Of a stretch of DNA of 64,000 nt, positions 24,337 to 35,735 are shown piece by piece (positions within the stretch are counted from its first letter, which is position 1; every line of letters starts with the position of its first letter). Origin of the DNA: Octopus sinensis (lineage: Eukaryota); contig NC_043000.1 in assembly GCF_006345805.1 (NCBI RefSeq), positions 152,830,001 through 152,894,000 of the forward strand. Reading direction: 5' to 3'. Under the pieces are notes generated by a model. That model worked only from the letters and a program-made list of their open reading frames with translations. It was not told where the DNA came from and searched no databases. Position numbers and translations under genes: made by a program.

Positions 24337-24390
<54 letters not shown>

Positions 24391-24760
24391 CCCCTCCTAA
24401 GAAAACAAATCTTGACAACACTACTCAATTTACAGAGACAGTTAGTAGTAATTTGCGGTCACAGTCAGTTGAACTTGTCAAAAGATATTATCAGGTGTTC
24501 TTCAAGGAAAAAGGAAAGTAAACTATGAATGTTAATCTTAATTTTAACTTAATTTTTTTAAATAGTTCTTTTTTCTCTACATATTCCATTTTAGTACTTA
24601 TTTTTGATAAGGTTTTTCAAAAACAGAAACATGTAAAAGGAAAATTAAAATGTACCCAATTTTAAGAAAGTAGCAGTTTCGATTTTTTTTTTCATACACA
24701 TATGTGTGTGTGTGTGTGTGTGGTGTGTGTGTGTTGTGTGTGTGTGCATGTGTGTGTGTG

Positions 24761-25287
24761 GAGGCGCAATGGTCCGGTGGTTAGGGCAGCGGACTCGCGG
24801 TCGTAAGATCGCGATTTCGATTCCCAGACCGGGCGTTGTGAGTGTTTATTGAACGAAAACACCTAAAAGCTCCACGAGGCTCCTGCATGGGGTGGTGGCG
24901 ATCCCTGCTGTACTCTTTCGCCACTACTTTCTCTCACTCTTTCTTCTGTTGGCCTGTTCGCTTAGCCAGCGGGGTGGCGTCATTTGAAGGCTAGTTAGTT
25001 AATTTTTTGGCTCAAAAAGCAAAAAGCAAGGCCATGTAGGGGGACATGGAGTTATGTACAGGGTGGTGTTCATGTAAAGAGTTCAGGCCACTTGAAGTCA
25101 AGGGAGACTTTGAACCGAGCGGTCGTCGGCATCTTCACCATCTCGTCCGGCAGCTTATTCCACGGATCCGCAACCCGGACGGAGAAAGCCCCTCTCCTTC
25201 GATTGAGATGAAATCGTCGCAGATAGAGCAAAGCGCATTGTGACCAGCGATGTGTAGCAACATCTGATAGCCTGGTCGGTCACGGTG
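24761..25287 (+). mobile_element. SINE family 3 interrupted by a minus-strand CR1-type 3' end (about 24993-25225)
   Basis: Insert reads RRRGAFSVRVADPWNKLP on the minus strand. Confidence 0.8.
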
Positions 25288-25812
25288 ATATATATATATA
25301 TATATATATAAGTGTGTGTGTGTGTATTTATGTGTGTGTTTTTGGCCCCTGCCATCGCTTGACAACCGATGTTGGTATGTTTATGTCCCCGTAACTTAGG
25401 GGTTTGGCAAAAGAGACCGATAGAATAAGTACTAGGCTGACAGAGAATAAGTTCTGGGGTCAAATTCTTCGACTAAAACCCTTTAAGGTGATGCCCCAGC
25501 ATGGCTACAGCCAAATGACTGAAACAAGTAAAAGAATAAAAGAATAGTCAAAGGGAGAGCACTCTTAGAAATAAAAAGTTTTAAAACTAGTTTTAATTTC
25601 ATTGTGTACAAAAAATCAGCGAATTCTTTTGACTATTAAAAAACAATGTCGTTTAAATTCAACTTAATATTCCGGCATTTTTGTAAATCTCAGAGAAAAT
25701 ATGGGAAGTGTTTGCTGGCCATACACATTTTGTACTTTTATTAGATTATTATTTTTGCATATTTTTACATTCATAAGAAAGACATGAATTTTTTTCTATG
25801 AATATTTTGTAT

Positions 25813-26060
25813 CATCATCATCATTGTTCGACCGTGGTCGAGACAATGGAATTTACCATGCTACGCCAGACTTCACGGTCCATCATGGCATTACGGAGGT
25901 CCTGTTGCTGGATGCCTGTATCCCTGGAGATTACATCAGGGTAGGAGACTGTGCGCCCTCTGGTATTGCGAGTAGATGGCTTCCAGAGGAGAAGAGTAAA
26001 TGACTTAGCCAGAGGAGGAAAGCGAATTGATCGAGTCGGCAACGTGTTGGATAGATTCTC
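25813..26060 (-). mobile_element. RTE-clade LINE 3' end
   Basis: LLLWKP...GRTVSYPDVISRDTG...MMDREVWR, (GAT)n tail. Confidence 0.75.
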
Positions 26061-26164
26061 TCGTTTTAGTCGTTCAGATGTCTAAGCCCTGACTTCAAAT
26101 TCCCCCGATGTCGACTTTTGATTTATACACAAATATCTCAGTTTATCAAAAATTATGATGATGT

Positions 26165-26572
26165 AGGCGCAGGAGTGGCTGTGTGGTAAGTAGCTTGCTA
26201 ACCAACCACATGATTCCGGGTTCAGTCCCACTGCATGGCATCTTGGGCAAGTGTCTTCTGCTATAGCCCCGGGTCGACCAATGCCTTGTGAGTGGATTTG
26301 GTAGACGGAAACTGAAAGAAGCCTGTCGTATTTATATATATATTATGTGTGTGTATAAGTTTGTATGTCAGTGTTTGTCCCCCTAGCATTGCTTGACAAC
26401 CGATGCTGGTGTGTTTACGTCCCCGTCACTTAGCGGTTCGGCAAAAGAGACTGATAGAATAAGTACTGGGCTTACAAAAGAATAAGTCCCGGGGTCGATT
26501 TGCTCGACTAAAGGCGGTGCTCCAGCATGGCCGTAGTCAAATGACTGAAACAAGTAAAAGAGAGTAAAGAGA
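26165..26572 (+). mobile_element. SINE family 1, full length
   Basis: tggctgtgtggtaag A box, ggttcagtccc B box, cttgggcaagtgtcttc centre, gtaaaagag tail. Confidence 0.92.
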
Positions 26573-26809
26573 GTATGTACAGCAAACGTGCGGCTAGATT
26601 TTAATATAATCTAAGAGTAAGTTGAAGAAAATAACATGTAATATAGTTGGCTGAAAACCTTCAAGCTTTCATTCTCAGCACACAAACACATCATAACCAA
26701 GAAACATGAGCTAGAAGGATTATAATTTCAGAGACATAGCTAGAGCATAAACTGAGAATAAATATTAGCAATGCCTACGTTACTAAGGTGGCAGGTAGAC
26801 AGTATTAAA

Positions 26810-27408
26810 AGGCGGCGAACTGGCAGAAGCGTTAGCACGCCGGGCGAAATGCTTTGCGGTATTTCGCCTGCCGTTACGTTCTGAGTTCAAATTCCGCCGA
26901 GGTCGACTTTGCTTTTCATCCTTTCGGGGTCGATTAAATAAGTACCAGTTACGCACTGGAGTCGATGTAATCGACTTAATCTGTTGGTCTGTCCTAGTTT
27001 GTCCCCTCTGTGTTTAGCCCCTTGTAGGTAGTAAAGAAATAGGTATTTCGTCTGCCGTTACGTTGTGAGTTCAAATTCCGCCGAGGTCGACTTTGCCTTT
27101 CATCCTTTCGGGGTCGATAAATTAAGCACCAGTTACGCACTGGGGTCGATGTAATCGACTTAATACCTATGTCTGTCCTTGTTTGTCCCTTCTATGTTTA
27201 GCCCCCTGTGGGTAATAAAGAAATAGGTATTTCGTCTGCCGTTACGTTGTGAGTTCAAATTCCGCCGAGATCGACTTTGCCTTTCATCCTTTCGGGGTCG
27301 ATAAATTAAGCACCAGTCACGCACTGGGGTCGATGTAATCGACTTAATACCTATGTCTGTCCTTGTTTGTCCCTTCTATGTTTAGCCCCTTGTGAGTGAT
27401 AAAGAAAT
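26810..27408 (+). mobile_element. SINE family 2 trimer inside one 17-bp TSD
   Basis: aggtagacagtattaaa at 26793-26809 and 27409-27425. Confidence 0.92.
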
Positions 27409-28016
27409 AGGTAGACAGTATTAAATCAACGGAAAAACTAGGAGGCAATCCAACGTTGTTACACGGACAATAACTTCAATGTAAAAGTCGAGCTATCGGC
27501 AATGGTGACGTCAGTGCTGAAATTATGTGAAATCTGGGAGTAAAGACATTGCGGTGTTAAGTTAGTCAGTGTGACTGGCCAGTTGGAGCAAATGCATGGC
27601 AGCATTTGTTTCGGTTTTATGTTCTGAGTTCAAATTCTGCTGGGGATTGACTTTGTCTTTGATCCTTTCGGTGTCGCTAAAGTAAGTAGCAGTTAATCAC
27701 TGAGGTAGATGCAATCGATATCCCCTTCCACAGCTGTTTGACAAGACAAGACAGATCTCGTCCTTTCTTCTTCTCTAGCATCAGACAATTAAGCTAGCTT
27801 TCCACGCGTAAAGAATCCGTGGAACGTGAAAGTATTTTATTGTATTTTACTACAACAAACTACTAACATGTATATACACGAACAAACGACGCGTCGACGT
27901 CGTTTTTATTTTATATAGTAAGAAAAATCAGCGAAATAAATGGCCATCTTCACAACTAATTGTTCTTCACTCTTCAGTTTTACGCTGCACCATAAAATTA
28001 TCAACCATCTTACAAA

Positions 28017-29866
28017 CAATAATAATAATAATTGTGTACAGTGCTCAGGTGCACTACAACTCATCTAAAGTGTATATATAATCAGGTGTAGTTTCGACGG
28101 ATTTCGGGAAGCATGACGGCCTTAAAGGATGCAGTGTCATGGCAGTCAACAACTGATGCAGGCAGTTTATTCCACGCTTCAGCAACCCTGAGCGTGAAAA
28201 AATGTTTCCGAAAGTCATGGGAGCTGTGCTGTTTTCTGACTTTGTAGGCATGTCCACGTGTGTTAGACACATGGAGATCAAAAAGGTGTTCAGTGTTGTT
28301 GTTGGTGAGGTGGTTGATAACCTTGTGGGTGTTTACCAAGTCCGTCGCTAGACGCCGGAGCTTCAGTGAATCCATGCCCAGGGAAACAAGGCGCTCAGAA
28401 TATGGTAGGTGTCTGATGGAGGGTATGCGTTTGGTTGCACGTCTCTGGACAGATTCCAGGAGGTCAATGTTCTGAGCAAGATAGGGATTCCAAACTGATG
28501 ATGCGAATTCCAAGTGTGGTCGTACCATAGCTGTATACAGTTTTAAATAGATGGCTGGAGAGCGGCTAACAAAAGTCTTGCTGAGTGATGCCAAGACACC
28601 CTCGGCCTTCTTGACAATTTTAGAGATATGCTTTGTCCAACGCAAATCACTGCTGACAGTGATGCCTAGGTCACGCTCGCAAGAGGATTTCTTGATATCA
28701 GTGTTGTGGAGGGAGTATGTGGACGCAGGGTTTTTTCTCCCAAAATGCATGGTGGTACACTTGTCCACAGCCAGTTTCAGTTGCCAGTCTGTGATCCATT
28801 GCTGCATTGTGTCTAGGTCTGATTGCAGGAAAGAGTTGTAGACATCAGGATCAGTCCTCTTGATTTCAAGGTACAGCTTGATGTCGTCTGCATATTTCAA
28901 TACTGTGGCATTCTTTAAATTGGCATCTATGTCATTAATGTATGCCACAAACAGGAGGGGACCAAGGACAGATCCCTGTGGTACACCCGATGACATCTCA
29001 TATGGTGTAGAGTGCTGTCCTAGAACTGTGACTACCTCCTTTCGGCTGAGGATGAAGGATTTCAACCAGTTAAAAAGGTCATCCCCCACACCCATTGCAG
29101 AGAGATTCACCATAAGCCTTTTGTGTGGCACAGAGTTGAAAGCCTTAGCAAAGTCAAGGTAGACAACATCCACCCATGAGCCACTGTCAGTGATCTGAGT
29201 AATGTCCTCAAGGAACTCGACAAGCTGGTCACTGCAGCTGGAGTTAGGGACAAATCCATATTGTGAGGGTCGGATGAGACTCTGAGAGCTCCAGAAGTTC
29301 CAGAGTGTTTCTCTGGCACACGATTCCATCAGTTTTGCAATACAGCTAGTGAGACTGACTGGGCGATAGTTGACAGGTGATGTGCGGTCACCCTTTTTGA
29401 ACAGAGGAATGACACTGGCAGTTTTCCACTGCTCCGGAGTAGCACCATTGTTGAGACAGTACTGGAAGAAAATAGAAAGCTGGTGTAAAAGGAAGTGCCT
29501 GCCACGTTTGAGAAGCAGGTATGTAACTCCATCGAGACCAGGGGAGGCATAGTTGCGCTTATTTTGAAGGTGACGTCGCAGCATTGCAGGTGTAAATTCC
29601 ATAGTTGTTATGGAGTTTGCTGTTAGTGATGGTGAAGATGGTACATTTTGACTTTCGACAGTGAATATGTTTGCATAGCACTCGGCAATGAGTTCTGCGC
29701 ATTCCTTGGGGTCGTCAGTGATCTGGTTCGTGTGAGGGTTGCGAAGAGGGCCCACTGGAGAGTGAGGTCTCTGCTTTGAATGCACATATTTCCAGAAAAC
29801 CTTGCTGTCAGGATTGGCTGCTATGCACTGTTCAAATTCAAGCACTGCATTTTTTGTCACTTGCAT
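28017..29866 (-). mobile_element. 5'-truncated CR1-like LINE with an uninterrupted 594-aa RT frame
   Basis: YRPVSLTS, YLDFAKAFNSVPH, GVPQGSVLGPLLF and YADD motifs; no endonuclease; (TTA)n tail. Confidence 0.95.
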
Positions 29867-29874
29867 TTTTTGTC

Positions 29875-30240
29875 ACCTTTTCAAACTCCACCCGTCTAAC
29901 ACCCGTGGACATATTTACAAAGTCAGAAAACAGCACAGCTCCCATGACTTCAGGAAGCATTTTTTCACGCTGAGAGTTGCTGAAGCGTGGAATAAACTGC
30001 CGGCAACAGTTGTTAGTTGTCGGAGCACTGCATCCTTCAAAACTTCCATGCTTTCTGAGATTCGCCAACACTACACCTGATTTTCTCCCCTCCATACACA
30101 CACAGGCATATATCTGACTCATACACTGTTCGCTTTCCAGACATTTTTACATTACTGCATGTACTTTATATGCACTTTCTGACAAGTTGTGCACCTGAGC
30201 ACTGTATACAATAATTTCATTATATTATTATTATCATCAT
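29875..30240 (+). mobile_element. CR1-like LINE 3' end, second subfamily
   Basis: RGHIYKVRKQHSSHDFRKHFFTLRVAEAWNKLP with a different 3' UTR; also seen at about 38085-38300. Confidence 0.9.
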
Positions 30241-30621
30241 TCAATCTGCAGTGTTACTCTCGACTTCTCTCTCTCCTCCCAATTATGTCTTTACAATTTA
30301 GTGACCCCAGAATAAAGAACAACAACATTCTTTACACATATATAATACAAAAATACCCAGATCTTTACCTTTTGACCTACAGATTTTAAAAATAATTTTT
30401 TTTTGTAACTAAACACTTAAAAACTTCGGACACTGACACAATGTGTCATATAAAACATCTTTTACTCTTAGCGTTTTTGAGAAAAAAACTTAATGAGATA
30501 GTCATTAAAATAGAAATGAAATTTCAAAATTTATCCTTTCTGTGCGGCCCGGTACTAGTGCACGGGCCACTAGTTGGGTCCCTTCTCGCGAGTGGCCTTT
30601 TGGGAAAAAAATATTGTAGAG

Positions 30622-30779
30622 GAGTGGCTGGGTGGTAAGTAGCTTGCTAACCAACCACATGGTTCCGGGTTCAGTCCCACTGTATGGCATCGTGGGCAAG
30701 TGTCTTCTGCTATAGCCCCGGGCCGACCAATGCCTTGTGAGTGGATTTGGTAGACAGAAACTGAAAGAAGCCTGTCGTA

Positions 30780-30820
<41 letters not shown>

Positions 30821-31029
30821 TTGTTTGTGTGTCTGTGTTTGTCCCCCAAGTATTGCTTGACAACCGATGCTGGTGTGTTTATGTCCCCTGTTCATTAGCG
30901 GTTCGGCAAAACAGACCGATAGAATAAGTACTGGGCTTACAAAAAAAATAAGTCCCGGGGTCGAGTTGCTCGATTAAAGGCGGTGCTCCAGCATGGCCGC
31001 AGTCAAATGACTGAAACAAGTAAAAGAGT
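30622..31029 (+). mobile_element. SINE family 1, full length
   Basis: Same organisation as 26165-26572. Confidence 0.9.
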
Positions 31030-31729
31030 ATGTATTTTCTTAGTTTTTACCCTCTTCCCACCGTTTCTTTTTATGTATACTTAAATGGTTTCCCTCTTTT
31101 TAACGTGCAGATATTTTTGCTTGTTATTATCATAAATGGTCATTAATCAGGCAATCGACCGACACTAATTGCATCCTAATTGCCCTGCACAAGAACCAGT
31201 AGAACAGGAGTGATGGTACAACACACTCAGCCTCTTTAGCGTGTATCTGCGTGTGCTTGTGAGTTATCTTCGAAAGTTTTGCGATGTATTTATTATTGTT
31301 TTCTTTTTACATTTATTGTTTTACTAATTGCTATCCGGCACCCGAAAATGACGCGCAGACTCGGTCAATGGAAAATCTAATTATTTCATACACGGTGTTT
31401 ATGCTGTTAGTGAAAGCGATACAAAAGTTTACAAAGTTTCAATAAGAGACAATAGCAAGATATCCAGGCGGTGACAATCGAATACATACACACGCACAAT
31501 CATACGAACCGGCGGACATACACGCTGACAAAAAGACTTTGTTTTTTTTTTTAATGCAGATATAAATTAAAAGCTACAAATACATGTATGTATTACATAC
31601 ACACAAACACACACTAATTTGTTAACTTGAAAGAAATAAACTGTCCGTCGAAGTGCGCCCATAAATTTATTTTGTGTTTGATCTCTGATGGTCCGCGAAG
31701 TAAACAAAAATATCGAATTTCTATTTTAT

Positions 31730-32565
31730 ACCTATTTCTTTATTACCCACAAGGGGCTAAACATAGAAGGGACAAACAAGGACAGACATAGGTATTAAGT
31801 CAATTACATCGACTCCAGTGCGTAACTGGTGCTTAATTTATCGACCCCGAAAGGATGAAAGGCAAAGTCGACCTCGGCGGAATTTGAACTCACAACGTAA
31901 GATGGTATTTTATACCATCGAGTCTTGCCTGTTCCGCGTTGTCAGTTCCAACTCCTCCAGGGTCGATTCTCAGGAGCTGGTAAAATACCAGACGTATACT
32001 AAAAGCTATTCTACTGACTATATCCCTACCCTTGTGTTGCTTCATCCTTTCGGGGTCGATAAATTAAGTACCAGTTACGCACTGGGGTTGATGTAATCGA
32101 CTTAATACCTATGTCTGTCCTTGTTTGTCCCCTCTGTGTTTAGCCCCTTGTAGGTAATAAAGAAATAGGTATAGAAACGTTAGCACGTCGGGCGAAATGC
32201 TTAGTGGTACGTTCTGAGTTCAAATTCCGCCGAGGTCGATTTTGCCTTTCATCCTTTCGGGGTCGATAAATTAAGTACCAGTTAAGCACTGGGGTTGATA
32301 TAATCGACTTAATCCGTTTGTCTGTCCTTGTTTGTCCCTTCTGTGTTTAGCCCCTTGTGGGTAGTAAAGAAATAGGTATTTCGTCTGCCGCTACCTTCTG
32401 AGTTCAAATTCCGCCGAGGTCGATTTTGCCTTTCATCCTTTCGGGGTCGATGAATTAAGTACCAGTTGCACACTGGGGTCGATGTAATCGACTTAATCCG
32501 TTTGTCTGTCCTTGTTTGTCCCTTCTGTGTTTAGCCCCTTGTGGGTAGTAAAGAAATAGGTATTT
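31730..32565. mobile_element. SINE family 2 cluster (one minus copy, then a plus tandem array)
   Basis: Repeated units of about 180 bp ending aaagaaataggtat. Confidence 0.85.
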
Positions 32566-32679
32566 AGAAATTTAATGTACAAAAATTTTTTAATAATAGT
32601 AATAAAGATAGGTTTGCTGAGAAGATATATATACTTTGAGTAAAATCTTTGTTTAAATACTTTAATAGTTCTCTTGGAA

Positions 32680-33100
32680 TAACGTCAGCTGGGTTTTGTT
32701 GCGTAGCGTGTGGCGCATAAGTCTATAAACAAGCACATGCCTAGCTGTGAATGAGAGAAGAAACGGAAGAATGTGCGATATTTCACGACTGGTAAAGAAA
32801 CTATGAAAGGAAGGGTGGGGATACTGCCGTGTCTATAGCAGTATCGTGTCTTGTAACAATGGCGGACTGTCCGAACGAAGTGCGTAATCGGATTAGGGTT
32901 GGACTGCTCACAGGTAAACAAACCACTTATTTAAACTATATTTGAGACTCACATCGAATTCTTTTGAAGCCAATTCCATTGCCTTTGTTACTGACGTCAG
33001 TTGTCGATGCTGGCTTTTGGCAGCACCAACTTCGCTTCTTCACGTTATTATGGTTTATAATGTTGTAGTTTAACAAACCGTTTTCTTGTATTTATTTATC
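32680..33100 (+). promoter_or_regulatory. Probable gephyrin promoter / 5' region
   Basis: Unique CpG-retaining sequence around exon 1; ETS-like acggaag near 32763; palindromic CRE actgacgtcagt at 32990-33001. Confidence 0.5.
32859..32913 (+). CDS. GPHN: Gephyrin coding exon 1 (MADCPNEVRNRIRVGLLT + g)
   Basis: aacaATGG start; IRVGLLT matches the gephyrin/MogA first strand (IRVGVLTV); CAG|gtaaac donor; phase 1 joins exon 2. Confidence 0.9.
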
Positions 33101-33663
33101 CTTTATCCATTCCCGATGATCTACGGTTCATAATTCACAGAACTAAAACTAACAGTTATAATTATTTTGCGTTGGATATATTCTAAAGAAATTCTTTAGC
33201 GTAAGATTCAATATTAACTAAGTCGCTCGGGTAAATAACCTTGTGCAAAATATGTATATTTGTACTTTTCATTATACATACACACGGCATGTACATCATG
33301 TGGTTCTAGTTTAGAGAGAGAGTCTGCTCTCTGCTCTCACATCACCGACTGCCGAATGCCTTTTCATTAACTTTTAGTATCGGCCTAAATAATATAGTTT
33401 TGAGTCCCTTCCTCTGTCTTTATAACGTTATATCGTTTTATATTCAATCTTATTGTTCAATTTGTAAAATTGCCGCTGTTTAATGAGTGTGTGTGTGTAT
33501 ATATATATATATAGCATAATTTTCACAACAGATTCCGATATAATAGTAATTTACACCATCTGAGACGTATTAACAGAAAATTTAATTTAAAAATAATATC
33601 CATTTTTCAGAAAGCTACTAGGAAACAAAGTTAGTGGTGATGCTTATTTCTGTAGTTATACCC

Positions 33664-33710
<47 letters not shown>

Positions 33711-33781
33711 ATCTATCTATCTATCTATCTATCTATCTATTTATCTAGCTAGCTATACACACACACCCATCATATATATAT

Positions 33782-34286
33782 GCTTTAGAGTGTGCTTCTT
33801 TTACGGATATATATAAATATCCGTAAAAGAAGCACAGCCTAAAGCATAGAGCAGTAATGTATTTATATGCTGTTAAGTATATGTCTGGTCATAGTGACCA
33901 ATGGTTTCGCATCCACAAAGGGCTTAGCCCCAAGAACGTCTCGTCAGACTCTAAAGCCGTCCTTGGGGCTAAGCCCTTTGTGGATCCGAAACCATTGGTC
34001 ACTCTATGACCGGACATAGAATTAACTACATAACATATATTTCGTTTTTGTATTTGGTTTGCAAGATTCTTTCTGCGAATTCGTGTGTTGAAGCATATTT
34101 TGTTGTGTCTGTGAAGAGTCATTGTGTTTTAATGCCTTATTAATTAACACACTCACCGGTTCAATTTCCACTCATTTACTTATTTAATTTTTTATTTTGT
34201 TTATTATTTTAATTTTTAGTTTTTTTATTGAAAAATAAATAAATGAGTGGAAATTGAATCAGTCTGTGTTAATTAATAAGGTATTA
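33782..34286. repeat. Three adjacent hairpins (33782-33845, 33881-34017, 34131-34286)
   Basis: Arms of about 29, 58 and 55 bp read directly. Confidence 0.9.
33891..33952 (-). ncRNA. Hammerhead motif inside a hairpin, antisense to gephyrin intron 1
   Basis: agagt CTGACGA gacgttc...ggatgc GAA ACCATTGGT C actat; the mirror arm carries actct, fully complementary to agagt. Confidence 0.75.
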
Positions 34287-34319
34287 AATCAGAATAACTC
34301 TCCCCAGACAATAATATAC

Positions 34320-34350
<31 letters not shown>

Positions 34351-34361
34351 ATATATATATT

Positions 34362-35100
34362 GAACTCATCTCCAGATATCTTGACCGTGTCCTTGCCCCT
34401 AGTAGCTTCCCTCCCCTCTCACATCCATGACACCAATCATGCGCTTCGTTTGTTGAACCCTTTCTCCTTCCCTCATAGTCCCTCTAAACTTCTCTTCACT
34501 CTCGACATCCAGAGCCTTTACACAGTGATCCCTCACTACGAAGGGCTGCGTACACTCCAACATTTCCTTGACCTTCGACCCAATCCCCAACCCGACACAA
34601 CCACACTCGTTCATCTGGCCGAACTTGTCCTCTCACTCAATTGCTTCTCATTCGCTGGTGATTTTTACCAGCAAGTCTCGGGAGTGGCTATGGGAACAAG
34701 AATGGGCCCCAACTATGCGAACCTGTTCGCTGGCTATGTTGAGGCTCAAATGTTCTCAATTTTCACTGGTCCCACCCCTGAACTATACAGCCGTTATATT
34801 GACGACTGTATTGGTGCGATCTCACTCTTCTGTGAACATTCAGACTTCTTCCTCTCTTTTGTCAAATCTTTCCATCCTGCCTTCCACTTCTCCTGCTCTA
34901 TCTCTGTCTCCTTCCTTGACATTTCAGTCAGCATTCATCACTCCTCTCCCCCCCCCCTCCATCCACTACAAACACACAAACTCACACTCATACCTCAACT
35001 TCTTCTCCTCCCACCATAAACACACCAAGCTTTCTATCCCCTATTCCCAATTTCTCCGTCTATGCAGGCTCTGTAGTGACACCCATGACTTTGAGACTTT
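34362..35100 (+). mobile_element. Penelope-like reverse transcriptase fragment
   Basis: LDIQSLYTVIPH, GVAMGTRMGPNYANLF, RYIDD and, after a frameshift, SIPYSQFLRL. Confidence 0.92.
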
Positions 35101-35185
35101 GAAAAGTGTGGGAGCAGTGCCATCCATTGCACCCTCTTAGGAAAGGGCATGCTTTAATTTTTCTACAGATTTTAAAGTTAAGTTG

Positions 35186-35735
35186 AGTGGCTGTGTGGTA
35201 AGTAGCTTGCTTACCAACCACATGGTTCCGGGTTCAGTCCCACTGTGTGGCACCTTGGGCAAGTGTCGTCCACTATAGCTTTGGGCCGACCAAAGTCTTG
35301 TGAGTGGATTTGGTAGACGGAAACTGAAAGAAGCCCGTCGTGCCCTTCCTAACGCCAACACTCACAGAGTGGTTGGCGTTAGGAAGGGCATCCAGCTGTA
35401 GAAACATTGCCAGATTAGACTGGAGCCTGGTGCAGCCTTCTGGCTTCCCAGAACCCCGGTCGAACCGTCCAACCATGCTAGCATGGAGAACGGACGTTAA
35501 ACGAAACGATAATATGTGTGTGTGTATGTTTGTGTCTGTGTTTGTCCCCCTAGCATTGCTTGACAACCGATGCTGGTGTGTTTATGTCCCCGTCACTTGG
35601 CGGATCGGCAAAAAGAGACTGATAGAATAAGTACTGGGCTTACAAAGAATAAGTCCCGGGGTCGAGTTGCTCGACTAAAGGCGGTGCTCCAGCATGGCCG
35701 CAGTCAACTGACTGAAACAAGTAAAAGAGTAAAGA
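35186..35735 (+). mobile_element. SINE family 1 with an RTE tail inserted at its internal microsatellite site
   Basis: Insert at about 35341-35510. Confidence 0.85.

Noticed and set aside
31090-31700. First exon of a divergent gene
   Set aside because: CpG-retaining unique sequence, but no convincing ORF or donor on either strand
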